NCBI GenBank assembly: GCA_044892505.1 | Contig: CM097882.1 | Span: forward strand, 397,234,001-397,298,000 | Length of the DNA: 64,000 nucleotides | Reading direction: 5' to 3' | Source: Schmidtea nova | Lineage: Eukaryota | Part shown: piece by piece, positions 13,301 to 25,300 of the stretch | How positions within the stretch are numbered: the stretch's first letter is position 1 | Layout of the letters: every line of letters starts with the position of its first letter | Notes under the pieces: generated by a model | What the model was told of the DNA's origin: nothing | The model's database searches: none | The model's input: only the letters and a program-made list of their open reading frames with translations | Made by a program: the position numbers and the translations under genes

Positions 13301-16300
13301 ACTTTCTCTTTGGGTGATGACAAAGTAATTGTAATTTTTATAGCTACCACTTTCTCGACAACCCTCTCAATTTCCTCGTATTCCTTTATGTATGTGACAG
13401 TGAGACCGGTTTCCAATGGTTTGTATTCCTTTTCGTTCTCATAAAGTACAAGCACACTGAAAAATATATTTTCCATAATTTTCGATCTTCAATATCTTGA
13501 ATAAAATCTTACTTGAATGTTTGGATATTGACTATATTTTCAAATTTGATTTTCGTAACGATGACTGGTTTGTAGAATTTTATTTCAAATTTCGGTTCTG
13601 TTTTAATTACAGTTGCATTCCAGGTGTCAGTTATGAGACTTGTTTCAGATGTTCCTTTTTCTGGTACAACAATTTCTTTCACATACTCTTTTGTTGAAAT
13701 CAAAACAGGCTTTTCCTTGCAACCTGAAATGAGTTAAGGTTGTGAATTATATTTGCTCAATCGTGAATGTGTAAACAATTACCTTAAGGTTAATTTTTGT
13801 ATTTTATTTTATTTTTAATTCGGTATGATTTTATTTAATTACCATGAACTTTTATTTGATTTACGGAAAATTTAATTTTTGTTTAAAATTGTCAAAATTA
13901 TTTAAGAAAAAATGAAAGAAATTTGAAAATAATATAAAAATATTGTTTAATTTTGGAGTTTTATTTAATGTGGAAAATCCAAATCTTTTAAATTCTCCTT
14001 ATTCCGACATAAATTGTGGCAGAGCGAAACTTCATTGTAAAACTGAGTCATCGAATTGAGATTTATCAGAAAACATTTAAAATGCAAGCTGATCAGATTA
14101 TACAATCAATTATCGAACAATCCTTTCTATATTTAACTGTCTTTGTTGAAGTTAGACATGAAGTGAAAAATTATCTTCGATAATAGTCTAATGATAATTT
14201 AATTGTTAGTAATCAGAAAATGGCATCTCGATTGAAAAAATTGGTTAAAATATATAACTACTAAAAATGGATATGATTGTTAATTTGGAAAAAAAATCGA
14301 AAATCAAATATATGTGGTCTTTGGTAATCAATTAGATTACAGGAATAAAATCCTGGATCTTTAATAAAATAAGAAGCATCATCAAGTTTAAGTATTCAAA
14401 AAGAAAATTTACTCTAGCAGGTAATATTTTTTCCCAGTGTTTTGAAGATGTTGTATGAGATAATTATCGTTGAAAACAAGCTTACATTACTTTTTCACTT
14501 GACACAAATTTGTTACTAATGACAATTTTCCATAATTGATAAAAACATTTTAGAAGAATGTTAATAGAGCCATACAAAAAAATCCAAATTTTTTTGGATT
14601 TAAAAAAATTAAATTTTACCTGGTATTCCGGGAGTCGTAGTTCCAGGTGTTGTAGATATAGTCGATGTACTTCCAGTAGTAGTTGTTACAGTAGGAGTTT
14701 GTGTTGTAGTAGATCTGGTCGTTGATTCAGTCGTTGATTCAGTCGTTGATCCAGTCGTCGATTCAGTCGTTGATCCAGTCGTTGATCCAGTCGTCGATTC
14801 AGTCGTTGATCCAATCGTTGATCCAGTCGATGAACTTCCAGTAGTAGTTGTTACAGTAGGAGTTTGTGTTGTAGTAGATCTGGTCGTTGATTCAGTCGTT
14901 GATTCAGTCGTTGATCCAGTCGTCGATTCAGTCGTTGATTTAGTCGTTGATCCAGTCGTCGATTCAGTCGTTGATCCAATCGTTGATCCAGTCGATGAAC
15001 TTCCAGAGGTAGTAGTTTCTGACGTTGTACTTAAACCAGTAGTTGTTACAGTAGGAGTTTGAGTTGATGTAGTTCCAGTTGTTTTAGTTCCAGTTGTTGT
15101 AGTTCCAGTTGTTGTAGTTCCAGTTGTGGTTGATTCAGTCGGAGTTGTAGTAATTACGGTTGTTGTTTCTTTTTCTCCGCAACCTTCGATTGTTACTTTC
15201 AATGTCACTTTCTCTTTGGGTGATGACAAAGTAATTGTAATTTTTATAGCTACCACTTTCTCGACAACCCTCTCAATTTCCTCGTATTCCTTTATGTATG
15301 TGACAGTGAGACCGGTTTCCAATGGTTTGTATTCCTTTTCGTTCTCATAAAGTACAAGCACACTGAAAAATATATTTTCCATAATTTTCGATCTTCAATA
15401 TCTTGAATAAAATCTTACTTGAATGTTTGGATATTGACTATATTTTCAAATTTGATTTTCGTAACGATGACTGGTTTGTAGAATTTTATTTCAAATTTCG
15501 GTTCTGTTTTAATTACAGTTGCATTCCAGGTGTCAGTTATGAGACTTGTTTCAGATGTTCCTTTTTCTGGTACAACAATTTCTTTCACATACTCTTTTGT
15601 TGAAATCAAAACAGGCTTTTCCTTGCAACCTGAAATGAGTTAAGGTTGTGAATTATATTTGCTCAATCGTGAATGTGTAAACAATTACCTTAAGGTTAAT
15701 TTTTGTATTTTATTTTATTTTTAATTCGGTATGATTTTATTTAATTACCATGAACTTTTATTTGATTTACGGAAAATTTAATTTTTGTTTAAAATTGTCA
15801 AAATTATTTAAGAAAAAATGAAAGAAATTTGAAAATAATATAAAAATATTGTTTAATTTTGGAGTTTTATTTAATGTGGAAAATCCAAATCTTTTAAATT
15901 CTCCTTATTCCGACATAAATTGTGTTAAAGAAAAACTTCATTGTAAGACTATGAGTCATCGAATTGAGATTTATCAGAAAACATTTAAATATACGCTTAT
16001 TATGTTCTAATTATTCTCTGATTTTGATGCAAAATTTTCAATATTTTTGTGTAATATTTTATAAAGCGGCTTGTATTTTTACAAATACTTAAGAAACATT
16101 TTAATATTTTGTTCTCTCAGCGCGTATTTTATACCTTGATCTGTTTTATACTTGAATAAATTTCAATGGCCCTAGAATTATTATTTCTTTCACATTAATT
16201 GTTATTTAATTTGGTTTATATTTATTATTTCTACGATAGTTTCCCCAATACCTTTATTAGCTTTATTTATTGGTCTTCTCTATTGTCAGTGTGAAAATTT

Positions 16301-19300
16301 GTTTATCATATAACTACAATATCATCCCGTTTTTAATAGGTATTTTAACACCTTTCGTTCTTAGAATATACATAGTTTTTCGAAACAAAATTGTCTGTCT
16401 TTTGTTGAAAGCGCTGATTTTTCTTTGGACTCTATCCAATTTCACTTGTTCGTACAACGTTTCTCAGATCTGTGCAACTTAATTATTTTATTCCATTCAA
16501 AATTCATCTACAAATTTCAACTCGTTAGTCATTGGAAATGCCTGTCTCTCTTTAGTTTTCTTTGATTGTCCAAAGTCTAGACATATCCTTGATCAATTTT
16601 TACTTACACATTAGTATTCTGGTGCATGGTTAATTGAATTTTCCCTATAATTCACTTCATTTCTTGATTTTTTATTGCTTATTCTTTCCTTTCTTTCACT
16701 AAATTTATTTATTGGTTTCTATGTTTTATATTTATTAGTTCTCCCTTTTTGACTTCTATATTCTATAAGGTCAGCACATTCTACTTTTCATCTTGTTGCT
16801 ATTTTAACGTTTTTCTTTCTTGTTAATATTTCTACTAGATTTCTGTTCATTCATTTTGATTTCAAACTTTATCTGTAACTTCACACCTTCAATTATTTCT
16901 GGAATAGCATTCTTAACAATAAAACCTTTTATTAGTTTCTTTGTGTCTAATTTTGTATCCATATTTATCTTTATAATGTTTCCAACTTGCTGTTATTCGC
17001 ATAATCTTATTGATTCATTTGTTTTAATCATTTCTTGATTTTGCAATTTTGCAATTTTTCATTACTGTCTTCGCCATTACTTTTGTTCGTGCTACGGTCA
17101 AGTAAACAGTCTTTCATCGAATCTTTTTTACCTTTATACTTGGTCTTCTTTGTATTCTGTTATAACTTATCCTTGTTGCTTTACATCTTCTATCGTTTAA
17201 TTTAGTATTCACGACTTCATTTATTGAAATATCCCCTTCTTTTTTTCATAAATCTATACACTTTTCTGTTGTTCTATTATCTGGTTGTTTGGAAATTTCA
17301 GCCGATTTTGAACACATTGCTTGAATGAGATTCTTTAGGTTAAGTGAATGAGATAAACCCCCTTAACGTGTTGAACTTCATTTTTGACCTTGAGTTAGTT
17401 ATAAGCATTAAATGCCAAAATGCATTTTTTGGTTCTTTCTTTTAGTACCAACATTANNNNNNNNNNNNNNNNNNNNNNNNNNNNNNNNNNNNNNNNNNNN
17501 NNNNNNNNNNNNNNNNNNNNNNNNNNNNNNNNNNNNNNNNNNNNNNNNNNNNNNNNNNNNNNNNNNNNNNNNNNNNNNNNNNNNNNTGATGTTGGTACTA
17601 AAAGGAAGAACCAAAAAATACATTTCGGCATTTAATGCTTATAACTAACTCAAGGTCAAAAATGAAATATCAAAAAGATTAAAGGTATCGAATTCAACTA
17701 TTTACGACCATGTGGTGCGGCTTGGTTTTATTAGTGACCTTGATGTTTGGATACTACACAAATTAAACTAACCGAATGGGTTGTACGGTATTTCCATGTG
17801 CGACTTGTTGCTTAAACGTATCGAAAACCAGCCTTTTTTGAAGCGTATAATAACTAGAGATGAGAAATAAATCTTTTACAACAACGTAGAGAGTAGGGTC
17901 ATTCCAGTGAACCGACGTTAACCACGCCAAAACCAACATTCATGCAGGGAAAGTTATGTTTTGTTGTTGGTGTGATTGGACGAACATTCCTTGTTATGAG
18001 ATGTTTCCACGTAACCAAACAATTAACTCTGAAAAACATAATGTAATCAGCTGGATAATTTGAGGGAAGCAATTCAACAGAAATGCCTAGAATTTGTCAA
18101 TTTTAAAGGAGTAGTCTTCTATCAGGATAAAGCTATACGTCTCTTTGGCCTCCCGACAAAAGTTATTAGAGCTTGGTTGGGATGTCTTGCCTCGTCCACC
18201 ATATAGTCCTGCCTTGACACTGTAAGACTACCATCTGTTTCGCTCTTTAGAAAATTCGTTTAACAAAAAATCATTTAATTCTCTGTATGACTAAAAAGCA
18301 CAACTGTCGGAACTTTTTATTATCTAAGTCACGGACTTTCTTTGAGATTGTGATAATGAAATTTCCAGAAAGATGGCGAATCGTTATTAAACAAAATGGA
18401 GAATTGATCATTTAATAAACCGAATTATTATTAAAGAAGATTTTGTTTTTAATCTTATTTAAAAATCGACAGAGTTTCCGAACAAACCGATGCAGCATAC
18501 TTATATTAGGATTTGAATCTAAAGAATATCTCCGATAAATGTCTCTTTTGATGGAGCTTTTCCTCTTGGTTGTTTACCATCTTCATATTCTATCGTTTTC
18601 ATTTTTTTATTTGTAAGGTCTCTGATCTTTTTGGAAATCAACTGCTGCTATCTAATCTTTTGTTCTTCACGTGTCTCTATCTTTGATTTTTCATTCGATT
18701 TCAGTATTTTATATTACTTCTATAATATTCCCCTTTGGTATTGGTTTAACTATCTCATTTCGCTTATTTATATTTATATAACATTTTTCTCACTATGACC
18801 TTCTAAATTACACCTTTTACATGATATATTTGGACAATTTCTGTGTATGTATCCTTTTTCTCTGCATCCATTCTATTCTATTTCTGATAGTACATTGACT
18901 TTTAACGTGACCCGTTTTCTGACAGTTTGAAGATCCTACTTCCTTGATCAATATTTCGTTTGTCTCTCTTTATACGGCTTTTTATATGTTGTTTCTTATC
19001 TTGTCACATACTGTAACTCTTTGGATTATGGATTACTATGTTAACGAATGCTATAGCATTATTAACTTTTTCGATCTTTTTTATTATAGATTTTATCTTC
19101 TTTGCTGTTTCTAGCTTTTGCATTTCAATCTCTTTTCTTATTTCGCTGTCTCAAAAACAATGTATTAATACACATTTCTTGATTTCCTCTTCGTTTCATT
19201 TATGGCTAAATTAGTTCTTTGTTAGTTTCTTCACTTTGTCTACCAATACTTCAGCTGAGCCTACTCCCACTAAATCATTCACTAATGATCTAAGTTTCTC

Positions 19301-22300
19301 GGAGGCGTTTCTAGTTTCTCCTCGAAAGTTCTTCCTTCTGCTTTTTCATACTTCTCAATAAAAATATTATCAATATCTGTTGCATTTTTCCTGCTGCTTT
19401 TGTTTTGTTAAAGAATCGTTTGCAGTTTTGAACGAAGTCTTCCAGGTTGTCTCCTTTAGAAATCGGATTTGGCAAGAACCTTTTTATTAGGAGATTCGTG
19501 ATTGTCGTTGTCATACTAACTTCTATCACATTTAAATTTTCTGCATCCATTAAAACTAAATTGATAATAAATTTAATTTCAAAACATCCAAAAATTACTG
19601 ATATTTTAATTCAGATTTATTCAAAGAAACATTCCATAATTTTGAGTCGTTTTTTAATTTAGCCAATAATTTTTAAAATTATAAATTTCAAAATAGAATT
19701 CAATTCAAATATGCGATAATTCCCATATTATCATTTTTAAAATTATTCTTTAATTTTAAAATAAATCTGCTAATATTTTCTTCATTGATTTTCTCTTCAT
19801 AATTTTTATAAATATTTTATTTGAAAGTTTAATATTTTAAAATCACATTCTACTTTTATTTTTTTTAAATTATAAATCCCCTTATAGGTTATTAATGTTT
19901 AGTCTTTAAAAATTACTGGTAAATCAAACCGGTAACAGAAAATAATTTATTGAATTACCACTTTTTTTAATTTCGGTAAATATACTACCCTATTTATCAC
20001 ATATTACGGATGTTTCTCCCTATTTCTTTATATTTTTTATTTATTTATAAATATATATAGGCAAATCATACCATATGTCCCAGGTGTCGTTGGTATCACT
20101 TTTGTAGTGGTGACTGCTAAATCAAAAATCAAAACAATAAATCTTTCATTTTTTTATTAAAATTATATACTTGTAGTTATTTCTGTACTAGTCGATTGAC
20201 ATTTCAATGTCGTTTGACAATTTCCCCATATTTTCTTATCTATTTTTTCCATCATAAGACATTGACATATCTGGCATTCATTTATTTGACATAATTCTCC
20301 AACCTATTAAAATGATATATATACATTTATATGTATTAAACCTTGCAAATTTTTGTTTACCTTTCTTTCAATTAATGTTTCATTGGTGTTACACATACAA
20401 GGACAGTTACAATTCGTTGATTTAACGCATAATTTATTTACGACATCTTTTACATATTCCGTTGGGCAATTGCATTGTTCAATTTGATATTGGCAGTTCA
20501 TTGTGTTGTTGTTGTTTATTAGGAAATTCTTTTGGCATGTTTCTTCGCATGTTTTTTCATACAAGCAATATTTGGGTACTATTTTTTCAATAAATGCCTT
20601 ATCATTTTATTAAAAAATATTTATTACCTATACACTGTGGTCTTGTCGTCGGACAGATCGTAGTTGTACTGTTTAAAAATAATTTAACTCTTACGAAAAT
20701 AATAAATGAATATAAATAAAATTGTTCCAAATACTTACCAACTGCAATTTAGACTAAATTAATTTATTATTCCTATTTCTAAAACAACCGAATATACACC
20801 TGAAGTGTCAATAAAATTTTAGTAATATTCCCTATGTATATTATTTATTAAGATTGATAAGGTCTATGTGATAGAATTAATGCTAAAAAACTTAGTGACC
20901 AAAATGACTTGCTATTAGTGTCTACAGCTGAATGTCTTCCCCGAAGTAACCACAAATCAACATATCAGTTTTATATAATACCAATGCTATTTATATAATA
21001 CTTTGTGCTTCGTCTGTGGTATTATACTACAGATGAAACACAGACTTTGCTGGAATAGGCATACATTAGATAGTTCGGCCAGCGGAAGTTTACTGGGTGG
21101 CATTTTTAATTGATATATTAGCATATCTTTTATAATATGACAAAAAACACAAAAATGTAACTTTTGCAAACTATATTTTAAATCATAACGAAAAAAAGGT
21201 GCCGGGACGCCGTTCCGGCGCTTTCCGTCAGAAAAATTACACTGATTATAAATAAATATTTTAAATCATAAAAAAGCATTTTACATAAACGAATTTCAGA
21301 TATTTAAAATATTTATCCTAAATTTTATTAGTCATTTATATTATTTCTTTTTGCAATGAGTTGAACGGGTCTACTTCTATACGCTCCATTCGACTAGAGC
21401 AGTGATTTTCAACCAGTGTGGACCACTAGAAGTTGAGAAAAGATTTTTAAATGGTAGAGTTTTTAAAAAAGGAAAAATACATTAAAAATATTTTTATTTG
21501 CTATCATTTTTGAAAGTTTTTGAAAAAGCCTGAGACTTCGAATCGACAATGAAATGCGAGCTTCTTTGTCGACATTGGAACATTATTAAATTTTGATTTT
21601 CATTCGAAAGCAGGTACAATCTTTTCATTAGAGCAATTTAAATAAATATGGAATTTTTTTGCCATAAAAATTAGTAAGCCTTTTCAGATGGTCAGTGAAA
21701 GTTTTAAGATTCATTTAGTGTGCCACATGCCAAGAAGCTTAAGAATCACTGGACTAGATGCTGGTATTTATTTGTTGATATTATTTTTGTGGTTATTCAC
21801 AACGAAAGTTTCATTTTATCTCCTTAAAACCTTTGAATTGGTAGTGTTAATCTTTTATTTATTAGTGTTTTTTTTGGTATTTGTGATAATTTATTTATAA
21901 TTAATTTTTACATAATTTTTTATACACAATAAAAGTAAAAAGTAACTAAACGACGAAGAATAAGTTGTATACATATTTCGTATTTAAATTAATCTAAAAT
22001 ATAATTATAAATAAATTATCACAATAACCAAACAATACTAATAAATGAAATACTAACGCTATCTAATGCAAAGGTCACCATATCAAATGATAAACACTAT
22101 CAGTAGTAAATAGAACTTTAATTTTGGTAGGTAACTACATGTTGTGAATTGTATATGATAGTTTGCATTTGTTAATCTATCTATCTTTTCAATTCAAATT
22201 TAACAGTATGAAACCAATAACATGAGTATGAATAATTGGCTGAGCAACTGGCCCAGTTTGGCAATCCTCCTTTTGTTTCATTTGTTTCCTGGGTTGACAT

Positions 22301-25300
22301 TCAATAAATTTGGCTACTTTAATTACAATGCTTTCTCTCATTAAATAAAATTTTAAAACCAAAAGTTTATTAAGTATTTTAAAAAGAATATGAAACAATG
22401 TTATCGAAATTTAATATAATGCATAACGTACTTGAAACAATATCCGTCTTTTTCGATTGTATCTGGAGGACAAAATTTACAAACATTATCCGTTTCGTTT
22501 TGCATTACAAAGCACGAATCATTGACTTTCCGTTTGATGTCAGTGATTGGTAGATCAATTATCTTTTCTGTCCACTCACAATCGATACTGGTAACGCATT
22601 TCGGTTTGCCTACATAGATAGATTTAAACATATTACAAAACAATACACTGATTTTAACTCCTTCTCACACCATTTCTTATTACTAGTACTATCAGGGCTT
22701 AACCAAGTGGGAGACTTTGGGATATAAATTACCAATTTAGCTTGACAAAATAATGATTTAAAATTTCTGAGCTACAAATACGCGTTATCATAATATAATT
22801 TATTCTTTAACAATATGAGCACGATGTTTATATTGTAAATTGGACTTATTTGAAGCATAGACGTCACGTACCCTCTTGCATCACCTGCGGTTGCAGGGGG
22901 GCCCCATAAATATGACGGGAAAAGTTAACACACATTTTTTAGATTAAATTATAGAGTTGAGGTAAAGAAGACATCAGAATGACAGTTTAGAGATGTACCC
23001 AGGATCCAAACAAAACACAGAACAGCAGTATGTATTAGATTGGTAGTGTATTGTTTGTTTACGTCCTAAAAATGGAAATCACGATTTGTACGCGGATACC
23101 GTAAGTCCTTCGCAGGCAAGACCGGTCTAATTTAAATGCGCTACTATCGCAGCAAAAAAAGGCAATTTTACAAGTCTCTATTTGTCACCAGAAGTGCATA
23201 CAGTAGCCATATCATTTTTAATAAAAAAACGTGAAAACGATCTGGCTGTGCATAATTTTCACCTGAGAAATGTTGCAGGGGGCTACCAGAAAGCACGCGA
23301 TACTCTGATTTGAAGTATGTTACTTGAGATAATTAATTATTGTTAACTGACACAACAAATATAGAAAATACTTTTATAAAATAAATATATGAAGTTTTTA
23401 CTGAAGCTACTGTAACTTGTATTTATCTATCAACATAAACTTATAAGTAGTGACTTTACTCTTTATTTTAAGAAGAATAATATTATTCCTAAAACTACTA
23501 CTTATTAATTTATTAATTATTTTTATATTTCAGTAATTCTTTGGATAAATATAAATAATCTTCCTGAATTATTGCACCCACCCGGGACATATACGCTCCA
23601 TTGGTTTAGCTAGGTGGGATCGCGCCACGTTGATTTAGTAATGAAGACACAAAAATTAACGAAAGATAAGTGGGGAAATCATTTACTAGCTGTAAAATGA
23701 AGCTGCTACACGATATAAAACACTAAAGTTGATATACATCAAAAGAAAAATTAAAAATATGAAAGTTGAGACTTAAGAGACTAAAAACGAATTCACAAAA
23801 GTCGACTCTGTTCTACAAGCGCCTAATTTTTTAATATATGAAAAAGGCTGTGACAAAAATTAATAGCTTTTATAATAAATAAAAAAAAGAAAATTTCTTT
23901 AATAGAAAAAAATATCGAAGGACAAAATAAGAAATGCTAATGATAATAATAAAAATATTTTTATGTTGCTATTATTTTCCAAATATTGTTGAGGTTGTCT
24001 AGATTAATTAAAAAAATATTTAAAAGCACAAAAATTGTGTGTAAATCAATAAAAAGGCCTAATTTAGAAAATTTCAGAAAAAATAACAAATCAAGTGCAA
24101 AAATGAATTAAAAATAGAAAAAATTAAAAATTAATATTTTTCTAGGAAACAGATTTGTGTAATTGGAAAATACGAATATAATAATTTCAAATATATTTCA
24201 AATACAAACTTTCTAAGTAATTAATGGAACAAAACAAATAAATATAATTATGGAAGAGATTTTCTGAGCTGTCGGCCTTTCTAGGTTAAACAAAATGAAA
24301 AATAAAATACTTTAAGTTTTATTGTAAAACTAGACAACCCTAAACTGGACAGGCGAGATGACGGTCTGCTTAGCAAAATTAATTTTAATTTATTTCTATG
24401 AGAATTCAGGCCCAATAACTAGCTAGCTAAAACAAATAATTTGATTTATTGAGTGGATTTAGAACTTATAATTAAATTGACGAAAATAATGAATAAGAGA
24501 GAGAAAGCCTTATAAAAGAAGCAAGGAACCTCAATAAATTGTCAATTAATTGAAGAATTTAACAGAATTATAAAGTATTTGAGTCGATTATCAGTGAGAC
24601 TAAGAATAATTGCGATTAAGTTAATGAAAGAATTTTAAAAGTATTTACGGTGGTTTTCTACTAAATTAAAACCAAAAAATAAAAAGTGCAGATATGCAAG
24701 TGACTGTGTAATTGTAATTTAGTCAAATAAAAGTTTATTGTGTTGGGACTTGCTTAATTTGTTAAATAGTTCGAGGAGTCAAAGTTTATACCGACTTAGT
24801 CATCAATAATCAAACAATATGTACATCTTCCCTGGGGCCTTACCACTTCTTAGCATTTCAATTTACAATAATAATGTCCCTAGTTAAAGAAAAACAACGT
24901 TTTCACTAATATAAAAATTTGTAACTATGGCTTTATTTTTCTACTGTAGAAAAATTATGATATTAAAATGTCAGGGGTGCTATAATGTTTTCGCAGATAT
25001 CTAAGAATGGCTGAACATCAAATAAAAATAACAATTTATAAATTTATAAATAACAATTTACATGCACTGGTTGTTGTAATTTGAGTAGTCGTGGTCTTTT
25101 CATTGCAATTATTCTCGTTTTTGGAAGTATAGTAACATTTTATGGAAACTTTGCTTTTAATACTTTTATCTCTCATAGTAAAGACTCCAGGTGGGCATGT
25201 GCAATCAGACTCCTTTGTGACATTCTTCACATAGACAGGTAAATCAACACAATTAGAACAGTCTTTATGGCAGTTGGATGTTATTTCACAATTCGTCGTT

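Larger units (their letters stand above)
1..15990. repeat. Tandem array 1: 9 complete cassettes, periods 1765, 1703, 1765, 1765, 1763, 1729, 1738, 1918 bp; continues past the window start
   Basis: ORF ends at 463, 2228, 3931, 5696, 7461, 9224, 10953, 12691, 14609. Bases 1-473 equal the repeat intron. Confidence 0.97.
16050..19560 (-). mobile_element. Degenerate Ty3/gypsy-like LTR retrotransposon relic (gag-pol), split by a mariner
   Basis: Gag-like ORF 19311-19550; two zinc-knuckle remnants near 18790-18880 (GCREKGYIHRNCP, CKRCNLEGHSEKN); RT remnants near 16300-16600 (RICLDF, AFPM, DDIVV) with stops and frameshifts. No LTRs recognised. Confidence 0.6.

Noticed and set aside
17395-17648. ORFs spanning N runs (also 55795-56137 and 62303-62809)
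   Set aside because: Open only because of Ns. The real part of 62325-62993 is the VWD1 exon 62968-62748.
22189-22398. ORF as an additional mucin exon
   Set aside because: Only weak phase-2 acceptors; the 15-nt microexon route gives a cleaner Cys pattern.
22860-23310. GC-richer patch with repeated CACCTG..GTTGCAGGGGG
   Set aside because: Probably a TE fragment, but no TIR/TSD pair or coding motif could be fixed.
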